From assembly GCA_043228905.1 (NCBI GenBank), contig JBHGNT010000011.1, forward strand, positions 4,960,001-5,024,000: a DNA stretch of 64,000 nucleotides, read 5' to 3'. Of this stretch, positions 38,489 through 51,480 are shown in pieces. The notes below the pieces were generated by a model. It ran no database searches and was not told the DNA's origin. It worked only from the letters and a program-made list of their open reading frames with translations. Every line of letters begins with the position of its first letter. Within the stretch, counting starts at the first letter, position 1. This DNA comes from Azolla caroliniana. Its lineage: Eukaryota > Plantae > Polypodiophyta. Both the position numbers and the translations under genes were made by a program.

Positions 38489-40639
38489 TCTATCTTTCTA
38501 TCATTTTATCATTTATTACAAAAGTTGATAGCTTCAAAATGTTGGTTTATTTGAACTACTATTTTATTCTCTTTTGATGGTGGTTTCACACTATGTATTG
38601 AAAACATCACGACACCACATCAAGACTTTTTGTCTGACATAGCGGAGTGGTTGTACAGTGTTTGATGGGGTGTACGGTGTTGTCACCGGTCTCAGCAACT
38701 CCTGGTTGTTCTGTTTTTTCCAAGCTTGAGAACCATTCGACATGGTTTGTCATATGATTTGATGCTCGAGAATCTATGTACCAAACCTCCTCCGACTTCG
38801 TGGTACGTACTCCAATTTGGTTTACTTTGTGCTTCATCACAACTGCGGGGCTCATTTCGACTCGCCTTGAGCCTTCAACGTAGTGTGGTTGGTAATGCCT
38901 ATTTGCATCACCTCGGCTTGATTCGACTCTGTCTAAATTGGTGCACTTTTTCCAACACTCGCTCTCTTTGTGGTCGTTTCAGCCACAGTACCAGTAGTCC
39001 ATTGTGATCTTTCCTAGTCGACTTCTGGCACCGCTTGACTCCTTTTGCTCTTGGAGGGTCCGAAACTGTTGGTATTTCTATTATGCCTCTGGTTTTGCTC
39101 TTGTCGGCCACCTCCATTACGTGCCAGCCAGTCTCGTACATCACGACCACAGGGTAGATCCGCCTTTGTGTATAACATCTTACTGTCGGTGTGTGTGCTT
39201 GTCGACGCACCCATGTGACTTTCTTTAATGAGAAGCATCGATTGCAACTTGAAGAAGGACGTCATATTCTCTCTTATACAGACTACCATTCGGAATGATT
39301 TGAATCTGAACACCAACCCTCTGAGAAAGACCTGCATCATTTTGTCCTCCTCGATGTTCACATTGATGGAGGTGAGAGAGTTGCAGTCTCCTTGATTCAG
39401 GCTGTCTACTCAGCCACAGATAGATCTTTCTACCAAACATTGCTGAACTCCTGCCTGAGCTGTGGCTTCCTGGCCATCGTGTGGGCAACGAAAATCCTTT
39501 TGAGATTGGCCCACACATCTTTTGGCGTCTTGGCATCCTGGATGTAGTTGAGTAGCTGATCTCCGACACTAGAAGCAAAGTAGTACATTACTCTGCTTGT
39601 TGATTGTTCCCAAACTGAAAAGTCCCTGTGTGTCGCATCTGGTGTTGTATCATTCACTCCTTTGACGCAACTCCAGTATCCGTTAGCTAGTTGGTTTATC
39701 TTGTACAACTAGGATGTGTAGTTGCTCCTATCAAGCTTTTCTGTCGGAAGTGAGCTTCCCTTATCTCTGTCCATGTTTCGGTTTTTTCTTCTTCGGAAAA
39801 CAAAGGCTTGTCTCTATCTTGTTTGCTTTGTCGGTAGCAGAAGATTCTTCTAACCCTTGTGCTATGATACCATGTAAAACATTACGTGCGGAAGCGTATA
39901 TGGAAGACATGGAACGGAGTACATAGTCAATTACCCGGAACTACAATAGTTAGGTAAGCACATTTATCACAATGCTAGGGTCTCTGTAAAAAATAATAAA
40001 GATAATCCCTTTCATGGAGGTAGCTAACCTTCTTAAAAAAGCTCAAACCCTAGGCCCTTATAAGTTTCACATGTGCCTGCTTTATTATAAGTGTTCAAAT
40101 GATCAAACTCTCCAAAGTTATCTCCCACTGTAGTCTTGAGAATAACTCAATCCTTAGTCTTCATTTCTTATGAATTAACTGAGACCTAACTCTAGGGTTA
40201 GAGAACTACACTTATGGTTATACTAGTAAAAATTACTATGTGGACCATGAACAACCAAAAGATAAATGAAGCTTCTTTATACTCTTGACCTTGAAAACAA
40301 AGTTGGAACTAGATGCATGTTATCTTGTCTCCTCATGCACTTTGTCGATTTTTCTTACTACCATGGGAACTAAAGATTCCATGGAAGTCCCAAAAGGGGT
40401 ATTGGAATTGCCAAAACCATCATCAAGGAACAATGGATGAAGACAGACAACGTGATTGGTCTAGACAAGGCGATTGAAAGGATTGTGGAGATCCTATACT
40501 CCTTTGACACAAGGATGCTTCCCACTTAATCGAGGCATTCAAAGAAAAACTTCAAATGAGGGGTATACTTAGGTGAGACAATTTAGTGATTTCCTAAGCA
40601 TAATAACAATGAGTCTACACACCCAAATTAGCAAGCTAC

Positions 40640-40848
40640 AAACACATTTGCATTCACAAGTGGAAGGATTGCGCATTCCACTTGTAGATTCCTTTTATAA
40701 TCTTGTGATTTTAGGCAATTTTCAGAAACTTGATACACTAATATCGCATGTTTTAAATAGCATATAAAATTTGTTGATTTTTTGAGATTTAACAAGTGTC
40801 AAAATGATAATTTCTAAAATTGAATAGTTTTTCAATAAATGTTTTTTG
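40640..40848 (-). repeat. Dispersed repeat end; inverted copy of 57080-57285
   Basis: ~200-bp reverse-complement match that includes the hairpin ACAAGTGGAA-N10-TTCCACTTGT. Confidence 0.85.
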
Positions 40849-43214
40849 AAAATTAATGTGCGTAAGCTTAGACAAACCAGCTTAGTCGAATACCAATAGA
40901 AAATAGAACTAAGGTTTAATGTAAGCTTAAATTACACACATAGAGAGTACGTGGGAGAGATAGGGAGAGCAGAACAACATAAAACTCAAATTACAAAATA
41001 TTACTCTATACATACAATGTGCTTAGTGAGCACTTTTATACAAGTCCTTAAAAGGACCGACAGAAGTACTGGTTTCAATGCTCGTACTGAGCTATTGACA
41101 CTAACTCCTAGGATAACTACCTAGTAGTCTAGGACTGTAGACCTCCAATGGCCTACTGATTTTCACGTCGGAGTCGACTTCTGTTGACTTCTAGTCTGGT
41201 TGGCCTTTTGTTGATTCGGCTCCTCTGAATTGAATGCCTCTTCCGAATCAGGTGCCTCTGATTCGTTCCAGCTCTTGTTCGAATTGGCTATCTCCAATTC
41301 ATCCCCAATCTTTAGGCCCTTCACCAAATCAGACCATGTCCGGGTCTTGGCCTTCTTCTTCTGGTCGGCTCTACCCTTCTTGACTTTGCTGTCATCGCCG
41401 CTTGTTCCGACTTGTTCGGATTCAGCTTCATTCTCGTCCTTGTCTCCCCTTGTTTCGGTTGTTTGCTCCTGTTCAGCTGATTGCCCAATGCCTTTACCCG
41501 TCTCCTTGATTTCCGTTTCGGTTTCCTCCTTTTCCTTTCTCCCCCTCAAGTGTAGCACATTGTGATGCTAAAGACCAAGCATCTCCAAAAAGTGTTGCAA
41601 CTTGTCCGATCTGAGTGGCTTGGTGAAGATGTCAGCAACTTGCCGATCTGTCCGAACATGTCGAAGTTTGACTTCACCATTGAGAACCCACTCGCGCATG
41701 AAGTGGTAGTGCACCTCAATGTGCTTGGTGCGAGCATGAAACACAAGATTCTTGGCAAGATGCATACTCCTCATGTTGTCGCAGTAGATCGGGATTGGAG
41801 TTTGTACTTTGATCTGTAGGTCTTGTAGCACCTGCCTCGATATTCAGCCTCATAGGTGGCGATGGTAGCGCCTTGATATTCAGCCACTATCGACTACTTT
41901 TTGATGCTCCACACAACAATCACGCTCCCAAGAGAGAACATAAAACCGGAAGTGGACCGACGATCTGATGTGTCACCGGCCCAATTAGAATCTATATACT
42001 GACTAGCTTTTCTGTTATACCGTGACATTATAACAGTCCCCATTCCTTAGTGCCACTCACCTATCTTAGTAGTCGATGCGCGCACTGAAGGTGCGCAACA
42101 ATCGGCTTCTGCATAAATTGACTGATCACGCCGACCGAATAGCTGATGTTGGGTCAGGTGATCGTTAAGTAAATAAAGCTTCCGACAATTTGTCGCAACC
42201 GTCTCTCGTTGTAGGCCGGTCCGGAGTCGTGATGAAGCTTCAAGTTCCGGTCCAGGGATGTGGAGACCGGTTTGCAATCTGTCATGTTGAACTTGTACAA
42301 CATATTCAACACATAGTGTCACTGAGGGAGCAATATGCTGTCGGGGGTATGGGTCACTTTGATTCTGAGGAAATAATGAAGGTTCCCCAGGTCCTTCATT
42401 TCGAACGCATCTGACTGTTGGGATTTCACTTGGCTGATTTCAGTGAGTTGAGGTCCGGTGATAACTAGATCATTCATGTATATCAAAGTGCACACTGGAC
42501 CTTCCGGACCTCTTCGAATGAACACCGAAGAGTCAGACTTCGAGACCGCAAACCCCATCATACGCCACCAATGCGTGATTTTTGAATTCCAAACTCGGTT
42601 GCTTGCTTTAAGCCGTAGAGTGACTACTTGAGTCATCACACTACTGACCTGTTCATCTCGAACTGGAAACCAGGGGGTTGAATCATGTAGAATTGTTCTT
42701 TTGTTCTTCAAGTTCGCCTTGAAGAAACACATTCTTCACGTCCATTTGGTGAAGATGCCAGCCCCTTGCTACAACAACCACCAACACCACACGAACCGTC
42801 CTCATCTTCGCTACCTGAGTGAAGGTCTCGTCGTAGTCGACTCCGTGGGTCTGTGTGTATCCCTTCGCCACTAGCAGGCCCTTGTATTGATTGAACGAAT
42901 TGTCAACATTATACTTTACCTTGTATACCCACTTGCAACCGATCGGTTCAGATCACAGGTGTCGTTAGCATTGAGTGCATGCATTTCTTCCTCCATTGCG
43001 GCATGCGAGTTGACGTCTTTCGCCACTTCTACGTAGCTCTCTGGCTCACACACTTCCGCCACTTTTGTCATGTACACATAGTGATGCGCCATGTATTCAT
43101 TATAACTGTACCGCTTGACGGGGTTCTTCTGGCGGGTAGATTGACATAACTTCTCGTTAGCCGATTTAAGGGCCTCCTTGGCTGATTTGGACTTCGCCTC
43201 TGAGGTCCGACTTC

Positions 43215-44143
43215 GTTCTTTCTGAAGTCCAAATCGCTCTAATCTGACTTGTCTGTGCTGGTGTCATCTTCTAGTATCTTCTTCTTCCCCTCCTCTTTGC
43301 GTGTGAACCGTCTCCTCAGTTCCTTTTGCGGGGAGAGCACGACCGAGTCTCCACTACTCGCCGGCTCATCATCTTGCTGGTCGTTCCTACGCAACTCTCC
43401 ATTAAGCACGCTCAGCCGGAATAAGATCGGAATCTCATCTCGAGTACCGAACTCTTCTTCATCCTCTTCTGCCGAGATCATTTCAGGCTCACTAGCCTCA
43501 TCCTCTATGATCGGGTAGTTTGAGTTCTTTCTGAAGTCCAAGTCACTCTGATCTGACTCGTCTATGCTGGTGTCATCTTCTAGTATCTTCTTCTTCGCCT
43601 CCTTTTTGCGTGTGAACCGTCTCCTTAATTCCTTTTGCGGGGAGAGCACGACCGAGTCTCCACTACTCACCGGCTCATCATCCTGCTGGTCGTTCCTACG
43701 CAACTCTCCATTCGGCACGCTAAGCCAGAATAAGATCGGAATCTCATCTCGAGTACCGAACTCTTCTTCATCCTCTTCTGCCGGGATCATTTTAGGCTCA
43801 CTGGCCTCATCCTCTATGATCGGGTAGTTCGAGTTCTTATTGAAGTCCAAGTCGCTCTGATCTGACTCGTCTATGCCGGTGTCATCTTCCAGTATCTTCT
43901 TCTTCCCCTCCTCTTTGCGTGTGAACTGTCTCCTCAGTTCCTTTTGTGGGGAGAGCACGACTGAGTCTCCACTACTCGTCGGCTCATCATCGTGCTGGTC
44001 GTTCCTACGCAACTCTCCATTCGGCACGCTTAGCCGGAATAAGATCGGAATCTCATCTCGAGTACCGAACTCTTCTTCATCCTCTTCTGCTGGGATCATT
44101 TCAGGCTCACTATTCTCATCCTCTATGATTGGGTAGTTTGAGT
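43215..44143 (-). repeat. Three in-frame 309-bp tandem repeats in the Copia integrase-RT linker
   Basis: GTGTCATCTTC occurs at 43261, 43570 and 43879. ORF 43239-44099 shows 103-aa repeats. Confidence 0.97.
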
Positions 44144-44374
44144 TGTCCGAGGTCAGAGTCGGAGTTAGAGTCGGAAAGGAGTACCATGATGCCGACTCAT
44201 TGAATTGGACATCTCGGCTTAATTGAACTTGTTTGGTCTAGGGGTAATAACACTTATAACACTTTTGTTTGTGTGAGTAGCCGACCAAAATGCACTTCTC
44301 TGATTTTGTGTCTAGCTTTCTCCGCCTCTCATTCGGCAGATGCACATAGGCAATACTGCCGAATGTCCGCAAGT

Positions 44375-45211
44375 CAAGGTTGTTAGGTATGTTAGATACT
44401 GTACGGATACCATACGTATATAACGTATTAATATGCGTATAGTACCTCCCAATTTAAAAATACATTAAATACATATTTTAATATGTTAAATACTTATAAA
44501 ATACGTAAAATACATAGTTTACGTATAGTACGTTAAATACTTCTAGAATTTGAAAATTATTTACCTTTCTAAAAAATATTTGTAATATTGTAAAAAGCAT
44601 CTATGTTTGCACAAGTTTTTGATGTACATTATAGTTTTGCATTTTAAAATGCATATAAGACATTTTAACATTTCACATCCTAAAATACTTATAATATGGA
44701 TGTCGACATTCACTTATTCTATAAATCAGTGTAAGTGTGTATCACGATGTTCTACTTCAAATTGTAATTATTTATGATTATGCCTTCATAGATTGAGGAA
44801 TTGTCTATGATTATCACACTCAGGATAGGTTTTTGTCTTCTTTTCTCTCCTCTTCTTCTTCTATATTCTGTGATTATCACACTCGGAGTCAGGATAGGTT
44901 TCTGTCTTCTTATCTCTCTTCTTCTTCGTCATCATTGTCATCATCGTTGTCATCTCTTCGGTTCTTCTTTCTTCCTTATTTTTGCTTTTTTTTCACCAAA
45001 ATATTTTTTTTCTTTTGTTTTTTGTTGGGGTTTTACTTACATTTTTTTATAAATACATATTATACCTATTTTTTCAAATGTACATTAAATTTCGTATTAG
45101 ACAAATGTACATGATATTTGACTGAACAACATTGAGGTACAATATGTACTATACAAATTATGAGGTACTATACGTATTTAAACATTAAATATGTGTACGT
45201 AAACAACCATG
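44375..45211. mobile_element. Non-autonomous hAT-type element inserted in the Copia integrase
   Basis: TIR CAAGGTTGTT / AACAACCATG, 8-bp TSD CCGCAAGT / CCGCAGGT (7 of 8 match), AT-rich interior with TACGTA subterminal motifs. Confidence 0.88.
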
Positions 45212-47850
45212 CCGCAGGTGCCGTAAATTCGACTTCCACCCGAAATACAGTTCGTGTGCCGACACCTTCTCCTCGATCCGATTTTGGATGTAGACGGACG
45301 TTGGGAGTGCTTCAGCCTAGTAGAAATTGGACACACTCTTCTCTTTCAGCATTGCCCATGTCGCCTCGATGATCGATCAATTCTTCCTCTCAATGATGCC
45401 CTTATGTTTTGGCATGTATCGACAACTGAATTCCCTCGGAATTCGTTTCTGTTGCAAATAACTATAGAATTGGCCAGAATAGTATTCTTTTCCACCATCT
45501 GATTGCAGGCACTTGATCTTCTTCTCTGTTTCCCATTCGACAAGACTTCGCAGGTTCCGGAAATAGTTGAAGACCTCACTTTTCTTCTCAATGAGATAGA
45601 TCCACGTGTGCCGGCTTTAGTTGTCGATGGAGGAGATGAAATATTGGCTCCCGCCAAGACTGACATTCTGTGTTGGTCCCGACTCCCCATACATCCGAAT
45701 GTATGAAGTGGAGCTTCTTTCGGCTCTGGTTTCACTCGTTGGGGAATGGAAGTCGGTGTTGCTTCCCAAGTTGGCAACCTTCACAAATTCGGGCCTTCCA
45801 ACCACTAAATTTTGGTAGTTCAAATATGACCTGTTTTGACTGCAGGTCTTGAAGCCTTTGGTAATTGAAATGACCTTCACATCCTCCCATCCCTACGACC
45901 TTGCGCGATTATTTGACCTTCTTCCTTGATGAAACACCTGAGATGAGTAAACCGTATTTGCATCCCTTGATCGACAATTGGTCCGACCGACACTAGGTTC
46001 TTCGTAATTGTCGGAACATGTAGTACATTCATGAACTTTCCCTTTTGTCCGACATGACTCAAAGGGACTTCTCTAACATGCTCGATCTAGTGTGGAGTGT
46101 CGTCTCTTGTTTCGAGAACTCCTGATTGCTCCGGCTTTTCAAGATACGAGAACCAGTCTTCGTGGTTCGTCATGTGGTTCAACGCTCCAGAGTCAACATA
46201 CTACACTTCCTCCTATTCGGAAGTGGTCTTCTTCATCGGGTTCGCCTTGTGCTTCATCATGAAGGCTGGCCCTTTTCCGGTCTTTCTGGTTCCAGATTTG
46301 TCCGATCCTTTTACGTAGTGCAAGCTTTGCTGATTACCTTGTCCAGTCTTATCGGATCCGGATTTATCCGAATCGGCGCACTTCTTCCAACACTCGCTTT
46401 CTCGGTGGCCTTTCTTGCCACAATACTAACATTCTGTCTCGGCTTTCGATCGCCGGTTTCCGGCGCTACCTTAACTCCCCCTACTCGTGGAGGGTCCGAA
46501 ACTGTTATCGGCACTATCTTTGTTCCTCCGATTTTGCTCTTGTTGGCTACTCATGTTGTGTGCTGATTCACCTTGTCCTCCACGCGAACGGGGCCAATCT
46601 GCTTCCGTGTACATCATCCAAGTGTCCGATTGAGTGGTCATCGACCCACTCACATGGTTTTCTTTGACCATCAACATTGATTATAGGTCGAAAAATGACA
46701 GTGGTTTCTCCCGAGTGCAAATCACCGTTTGGACAAGCATGTACCTAAGAGCTAGACCATCGAGGCAGATTTGCACCTTCTCGTCTTCATCCACCATCAC
46801 GTTGATGGACCCTAGTGTGTCGCAGATCTCGTTGATCTTGGTGGTGTAGTCTGTCACCGACATGTCCCTGTGTTGGATGTTGTTGAGCTCTTGCCGGAGC
46901 TGCAACTTACGGGCGGTGCTACTGGCGGCGAAAATATTTTTCAGATTTTCTCTGGCTTCTTCTCAGTGACTTCGCATCTTTGATGTAGCCGAGCATCTGA
47001 TCATGTACACAGGATGCAAGGTAGTACAACACCATACTCGCTCCTTGTTCCCATACTGGGAAGTCCTTGTGCGTCGGCTCTGGTGCAACTTCATTCGCTC
47101 CTTCGACATAACTCCAGTAACCGTGCCCCAACAGGTACTGGTGCATCTTGTATGACCAAGATGCATAGTTGTTCCTGTCAAGCTTCAAAGTCGGAACAGA
47201 GCTTGCCATCTATCTGTCCATATCTTCATTTTGTCGTTACCGGGTGTTAGGTTTGGGTTTTTCTTTGACGATTCACTTGTCGAAAATAGAGGATTCTCAA
47301 CCCTCTCGCTTTGATACTGTGTGAAAGTTAATGTGCGGAAGCTTAGACAAACTGGCTCAGCTGGATACCAACATGTAAAAGTTAATATGCGGAAGCTTAG
47401 ATAAACCGGCTCAGTCGGATAACAACATTAGAACAATGATGAAGGTTTAATGGAATCTTAAGAATACACAGTACACTAGAGAGATAGAGAGAGAGCAGAA
47501 CAACATAAAATCAATTCAAAACAATAACACTCTATACATACAAATGTCCTATAGAACACTTTTTATACAAGTCCTTAAAAGGAATGCCAGAAGTACTAAC
47601 AAGTACGTCAATGCTCAATACGAGCAACTGACACTAACTCCTAAGAATATGCCTACGTACTAGGCTCGAACCCTAGGCTCCAACGGCCTACCAGTTCTCA
47701 CTATTCCGGAGTACAATCCGGTTCTCCGGTCCGACCCTAGGTTCTAGATATTGAAATATCCAAACACCTATCCGGTTCTCTGGTCCGGATACCAATCCGG
47801 CTCTGGCTTATTCAGCCAATCCAGATCCAATTGAGCTTGTCCGCTCAACA

Positions 47851-49278
47851 CTCCCCCTCAAGCTCAACTTGAGGTTGGATCGTGTCTGCCAGTCCTTTCC
47901 TCCGGCTCCTTCTTGCATCATCCCGGTTTGCTCACGCTCCTTGACACGTCCGGTTCCTCTTTCTAGGACTCGTGCGGTTCCCCACCTCTCAACCTTCTTA
48001 GACAACTTGTTAGCTCATATGGCCCATCTCAGCTCCTTCGCAGTTGCGACTCCGGCGCATCTCGACCCGTCAGTTCCTCCATGTCGGTGTCGACTTCCGT
48101 TGCCACCTCGTCCGTTTGGCCTTTAGTTGATATGGCTCCTCTGAATCAACACCTCTTCTGAATTGGGTGACTTTGATTCGTTCCAACTCTTGTCCGAATG
48201 GGCTGTCTTCAATTCGTCCTCAATCTTCAGGCCCTTTACCACGTCGGACCATGTCCAAGTCTTGGCCTTCTTATTCCGGTTGGCTTTTTCCTTCTTGACT
48301 CTGCCACGATCGTAGCTTGTTCCGACGTTATCAGATGTGCCAAATTCTTTAGTCGACATGGCTTCCTTTTTCTTCTTGTCTCCCCCTGCTTCGGTTGTTT
48401 CCTTCTCTCCAGCCACTCCGGCTCCTTGTCTGGTGCCATTACCCGACTTTCCGGTTCTCCCCGTACCAGTATCGGTGCTCCCCCTCAAGTGTGGCATGTC
48501 GAGATGCTGAATACCAAGAATCCCCGAAAAATGTTGCAACTTGTCCGTTCCGAGGGCCTTTGTGAAGACATTGGCAACCTGCCGATCCGTCCGGACATAC
48601 CGGAGTTCGACTTCACCGCTCAAGTCCCATTTGCACACAAAGTGGTAGTGCACTTCGATGTGCTTTGTACGAGCATGGAATATAGGGTTGTTGGCCAGCT
48701 GCATGCTTCTCATGTTGTCGTAGTAGATCAGGATCAGAGTCGTTTTCTTCGATCCGGAGGTCTCGCAGTAGCCGTCGAAGCTAGATGGCTTCACATGTGG
48801 CAATGGTAGCACCCCGATATTCAGCCTCAGTGTTCGATAGAGCCACTATTGGCTGCTTCTTGCTGCTCCATGCAACAACCATGCTACCTAGAAAAAACAT
48901 ATAACCCAAACTGGACCGACCATCAAACACATCACCACCCTAGTCAACAGATTCCGTATATCCGACTAGCTTTTCGGTTATACCGTGTCGGTATAACATT
49001 CCATGGTCCTTAGTGCCGCTAACATACCTTAGTATTCAGTGCGCGCACTGAAGGTGCTCCACGGTCGGTGTCTGCATAAATTGACTTATCATCACGACTG
49101 GATAGTTGATGTCGGGTCGGGTGATGGTCAAATATATAAGGCTTTTGACAATTTGGCGGAATCGTTTCTCATTGCAGGCTGGTTCGGAGTCGGGACGAAG
49201 CTTCAGATTCCGGTCCAGGGGTGTAGAGACTAGTCGGTAATCGGTCGTGCCAAACCTGTACAACATATTCAGCACATG
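47851..49278 (-). mobile_element. Copia 3' internal fragment (RT end, RNase H, extension, PPT) sharing the LTR at 47320-47850
   Basis: Motifs LIYLTITRPDI, HARTKHIEVHYHF, HLRGS. PPT at 47851-47862 abuts the LTR. Confidence 0.9.
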
Positions 49279-51480
49279 ATTCCATCAAGTGGTCTAATCC
49301 CGATGGAGATTGATGTAACACGTTGTCGAGGGCCTTTGTCTAAAGTTGAGAAGCAACGACGTTGAGCAACGATGTTGAGCAAACTGTTTATGTTTGTATT
49401 GTGGTGGTCTGGGACACATAGCAATCACCTGCCCACATAGGCCAAAACGACAAGTAAATCAAGTAAGTACTAGTGAGAAACTTAATTCCAATTCCCTAGT
49501 TAGATCATCTATCTGTTGTAGCCCCACATGTCTAGGCCAGTCCAATAGTTTTGAGCTCTCGAGTCAGCTTGATGAAATATTAAATGAATAAGTCCAATCA
49601 AAATCGGTGCCATTTGGTTGGACAAACTAGTATACGTAAAGTCAGCCCCAAGTAATGGTTCCATTTTATTGAATCATGTTAGCAGAGTTTTTTCAGCACT
49701 AGTTGAGCTTAACACTTCTAGGTGTCATCAAGGTCTTGCCTTTGCTCTCTCAGATTCAGGAGCCAAGTCATGTTTTATGGACAAAGAATTTGCTTTATCC
49801 CAAAAAATCCTATTGAGAAACCTCCCTTTTCTTGCATCTGTTATAGTCATCGATGGTCGCCCTATTGCATCTTGGGATATAGTCGAAGAATTTGAGCCAA
49901 TTCGAGTAGTCCTTGGTAGCTTTGCTTGTGTGATTTCCTTCAATATAATTAGTAGCCCTGAGCATCCGGTTATCCTTGATTTGAGTTTCATAATCTTGAA
50001 ATTGACTGGAGAAATCGAGCAATCAATGATTTCCAGCAGAAACTTGAATCCAACAGCCTTGTTACTACCAACCAAGATTAAAAACCTCACCAAATCTCGC
50101 CCATATCTCTACAAAACTTACGAGAAGACGGGTGGAAAAAGGAAATGTTTGTCTTTGGAGTAACGACAAATCCATCCTCTAGTTCTTAAGGGGCATGTAC
50201 TCATCTCCCTACTAAGTACTTGGATTTTGAAGACATCTTGAACAAAACTAAAGCTAGTTCTCTTCCAGACCATCGTCCTTATGATTGTCCGATTGATCTA
50301 CAAGCTGGAAAAGGGCCACCATGGGACCCAATATATAATCTATCACCTTTTGAATTCAAGGCCCTTTGAGAGTATATAGATGAGCACTTAGCAAATGGAT
50401 TCATTCGTTATTCTAAAAGCCTTACTAGTGCACCCATCTTCTTTGTCAAGAAGAAAGATGGGTCTTTACGATTGATCGTGGATTATCGAGGTTTAAATAA
50501 AATCACAGTTCGAAATAGATATGCACTACCCTTGATATCGAGTTTACTAGAGCGTTTTATTGGAGCTAAAATTTTCACAAAGCTAGACCTTCGAGGCGCA
50601 TATAACCTTGTTCGGATACATCCAGGAGATGAATGGAAGACAACATTTCGTACTCGATACAGACATTTCGAATACACGGTTATGCCTTTTGGTCTCACAA
50701 ATGCGTCCGCAGTTTTTCAACACATGGCGAGTGATATTTTTCACGACTTCTTGGATTCATTTACCATAGTATATCTTGATGAAATCTTGATCTACTCGAA
50801 AAGTCAAGAAGAGCATGACACATATGTCCGCCAAGTCCTCCAACGCTTACAAGAATATGGGCTCTATGCCAAACTCGAGAAATGTAGCTTTGATCAAAAC
50901 CACATGGAGTTTCTAGGGTATGTGGTTTCACAACAAGGTATATCTATGGATCCATCCAAGGTGCAGACAGTTCTAAATTGGGAAACACCTCACTCTATGC
51001 GTGATGTTAAGTGTTTCTTAGGATTTGCAAATTTTTACCACAAATTTATCAAGAACTACTCGAACATCGTGATGCCTCTCACGGAGCTTAAACGAAAGAA
51101 CAAGTCGTTCACATGGAGTTCCAGTACGGCATAAGCTTTTGAAAACCTAAAGAGAGCATTCACTTCTGCTCCAATTCTACTTCATTCTGACATAGAAAAA
51201 CCCTTTATCATTGAGGCGGATGTGTCTGATTTTCCAATAGGAAGTATCTTGTCGCAGGTTGGAGATGATGGAAAGTTGCATCCAATTGCTTTCCATTCAT
51301 GCAAATTCAAAGCTGCAGAGATCAATTATGAGATTCACTACAAGGAGCTCCTAGCCATTATAAACTCGTTTGAACAATGGAGGCATCTCTTAGAAGGTTC
51401 TCCCCACCAAACCATTGTTTACAATGATCATAAAAACATCACATACTTTGAAAATCTAGAGTCTTGAGTCGACGCCAAGC

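Larger units (their letters stand above)
29844..38614 (-). mobile_element. Non-autonomous Gypsy-derived LTR element (gag only), inserted in the Copia; 3' LTR 29844-30761, 5' LTR 33585-38614 (split by a LINE)
   Basis: Two highly similar ~920-bp LTRs (TGyCGTGAAAATC...CATCrCGACA). The pre-PPT motif CGGAGGATGTGCAGG is shared with the Gypsy at 5280. PBS is tRNA-Trp-like. gag fragments are present but no pol. No TSD evident. Confidence 0.88.
25786..39962 (-). mobile_element. Degenerate Ty1/Copia element hosting nested insertions; 3' LTR 25786-26299, truncated 5' LTR 39873-~39962
   Basis: PBS-Met at 39861-39872, gag (39750-38900), protease WYIDSRASNHMT (~38780), integrase (29700-28750), RT LYVDDL (~27850), RNase H (26880-27300), PPT 26300-26311. 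Both LTR ends share TAAAAnATTACGTGCGGAAGCGTATATGG. Confidence 0.92.
40847..47850 (-). mobile_element. Degenerate Ty1/Copia element; partial 3' LTR ~40847-41160, 5' LTR 47320-47850
   Basis: Decayed PBS-Met at 47308-47319, gag MASSVPTLKLDRNNYASW, protease, integrase, RT (AKGYTQTHGVDYDETF, HQMDVKN), RNase H (IYCDN, HARTKHIEVHYHF). Confidence 0.93.

Noticed and set aside
29839-38619. TSD for the Gypsy-derived insertion
   Set aside because: The flanks (TCGGT vs CCACA) do not match, so no TSD is claimed.
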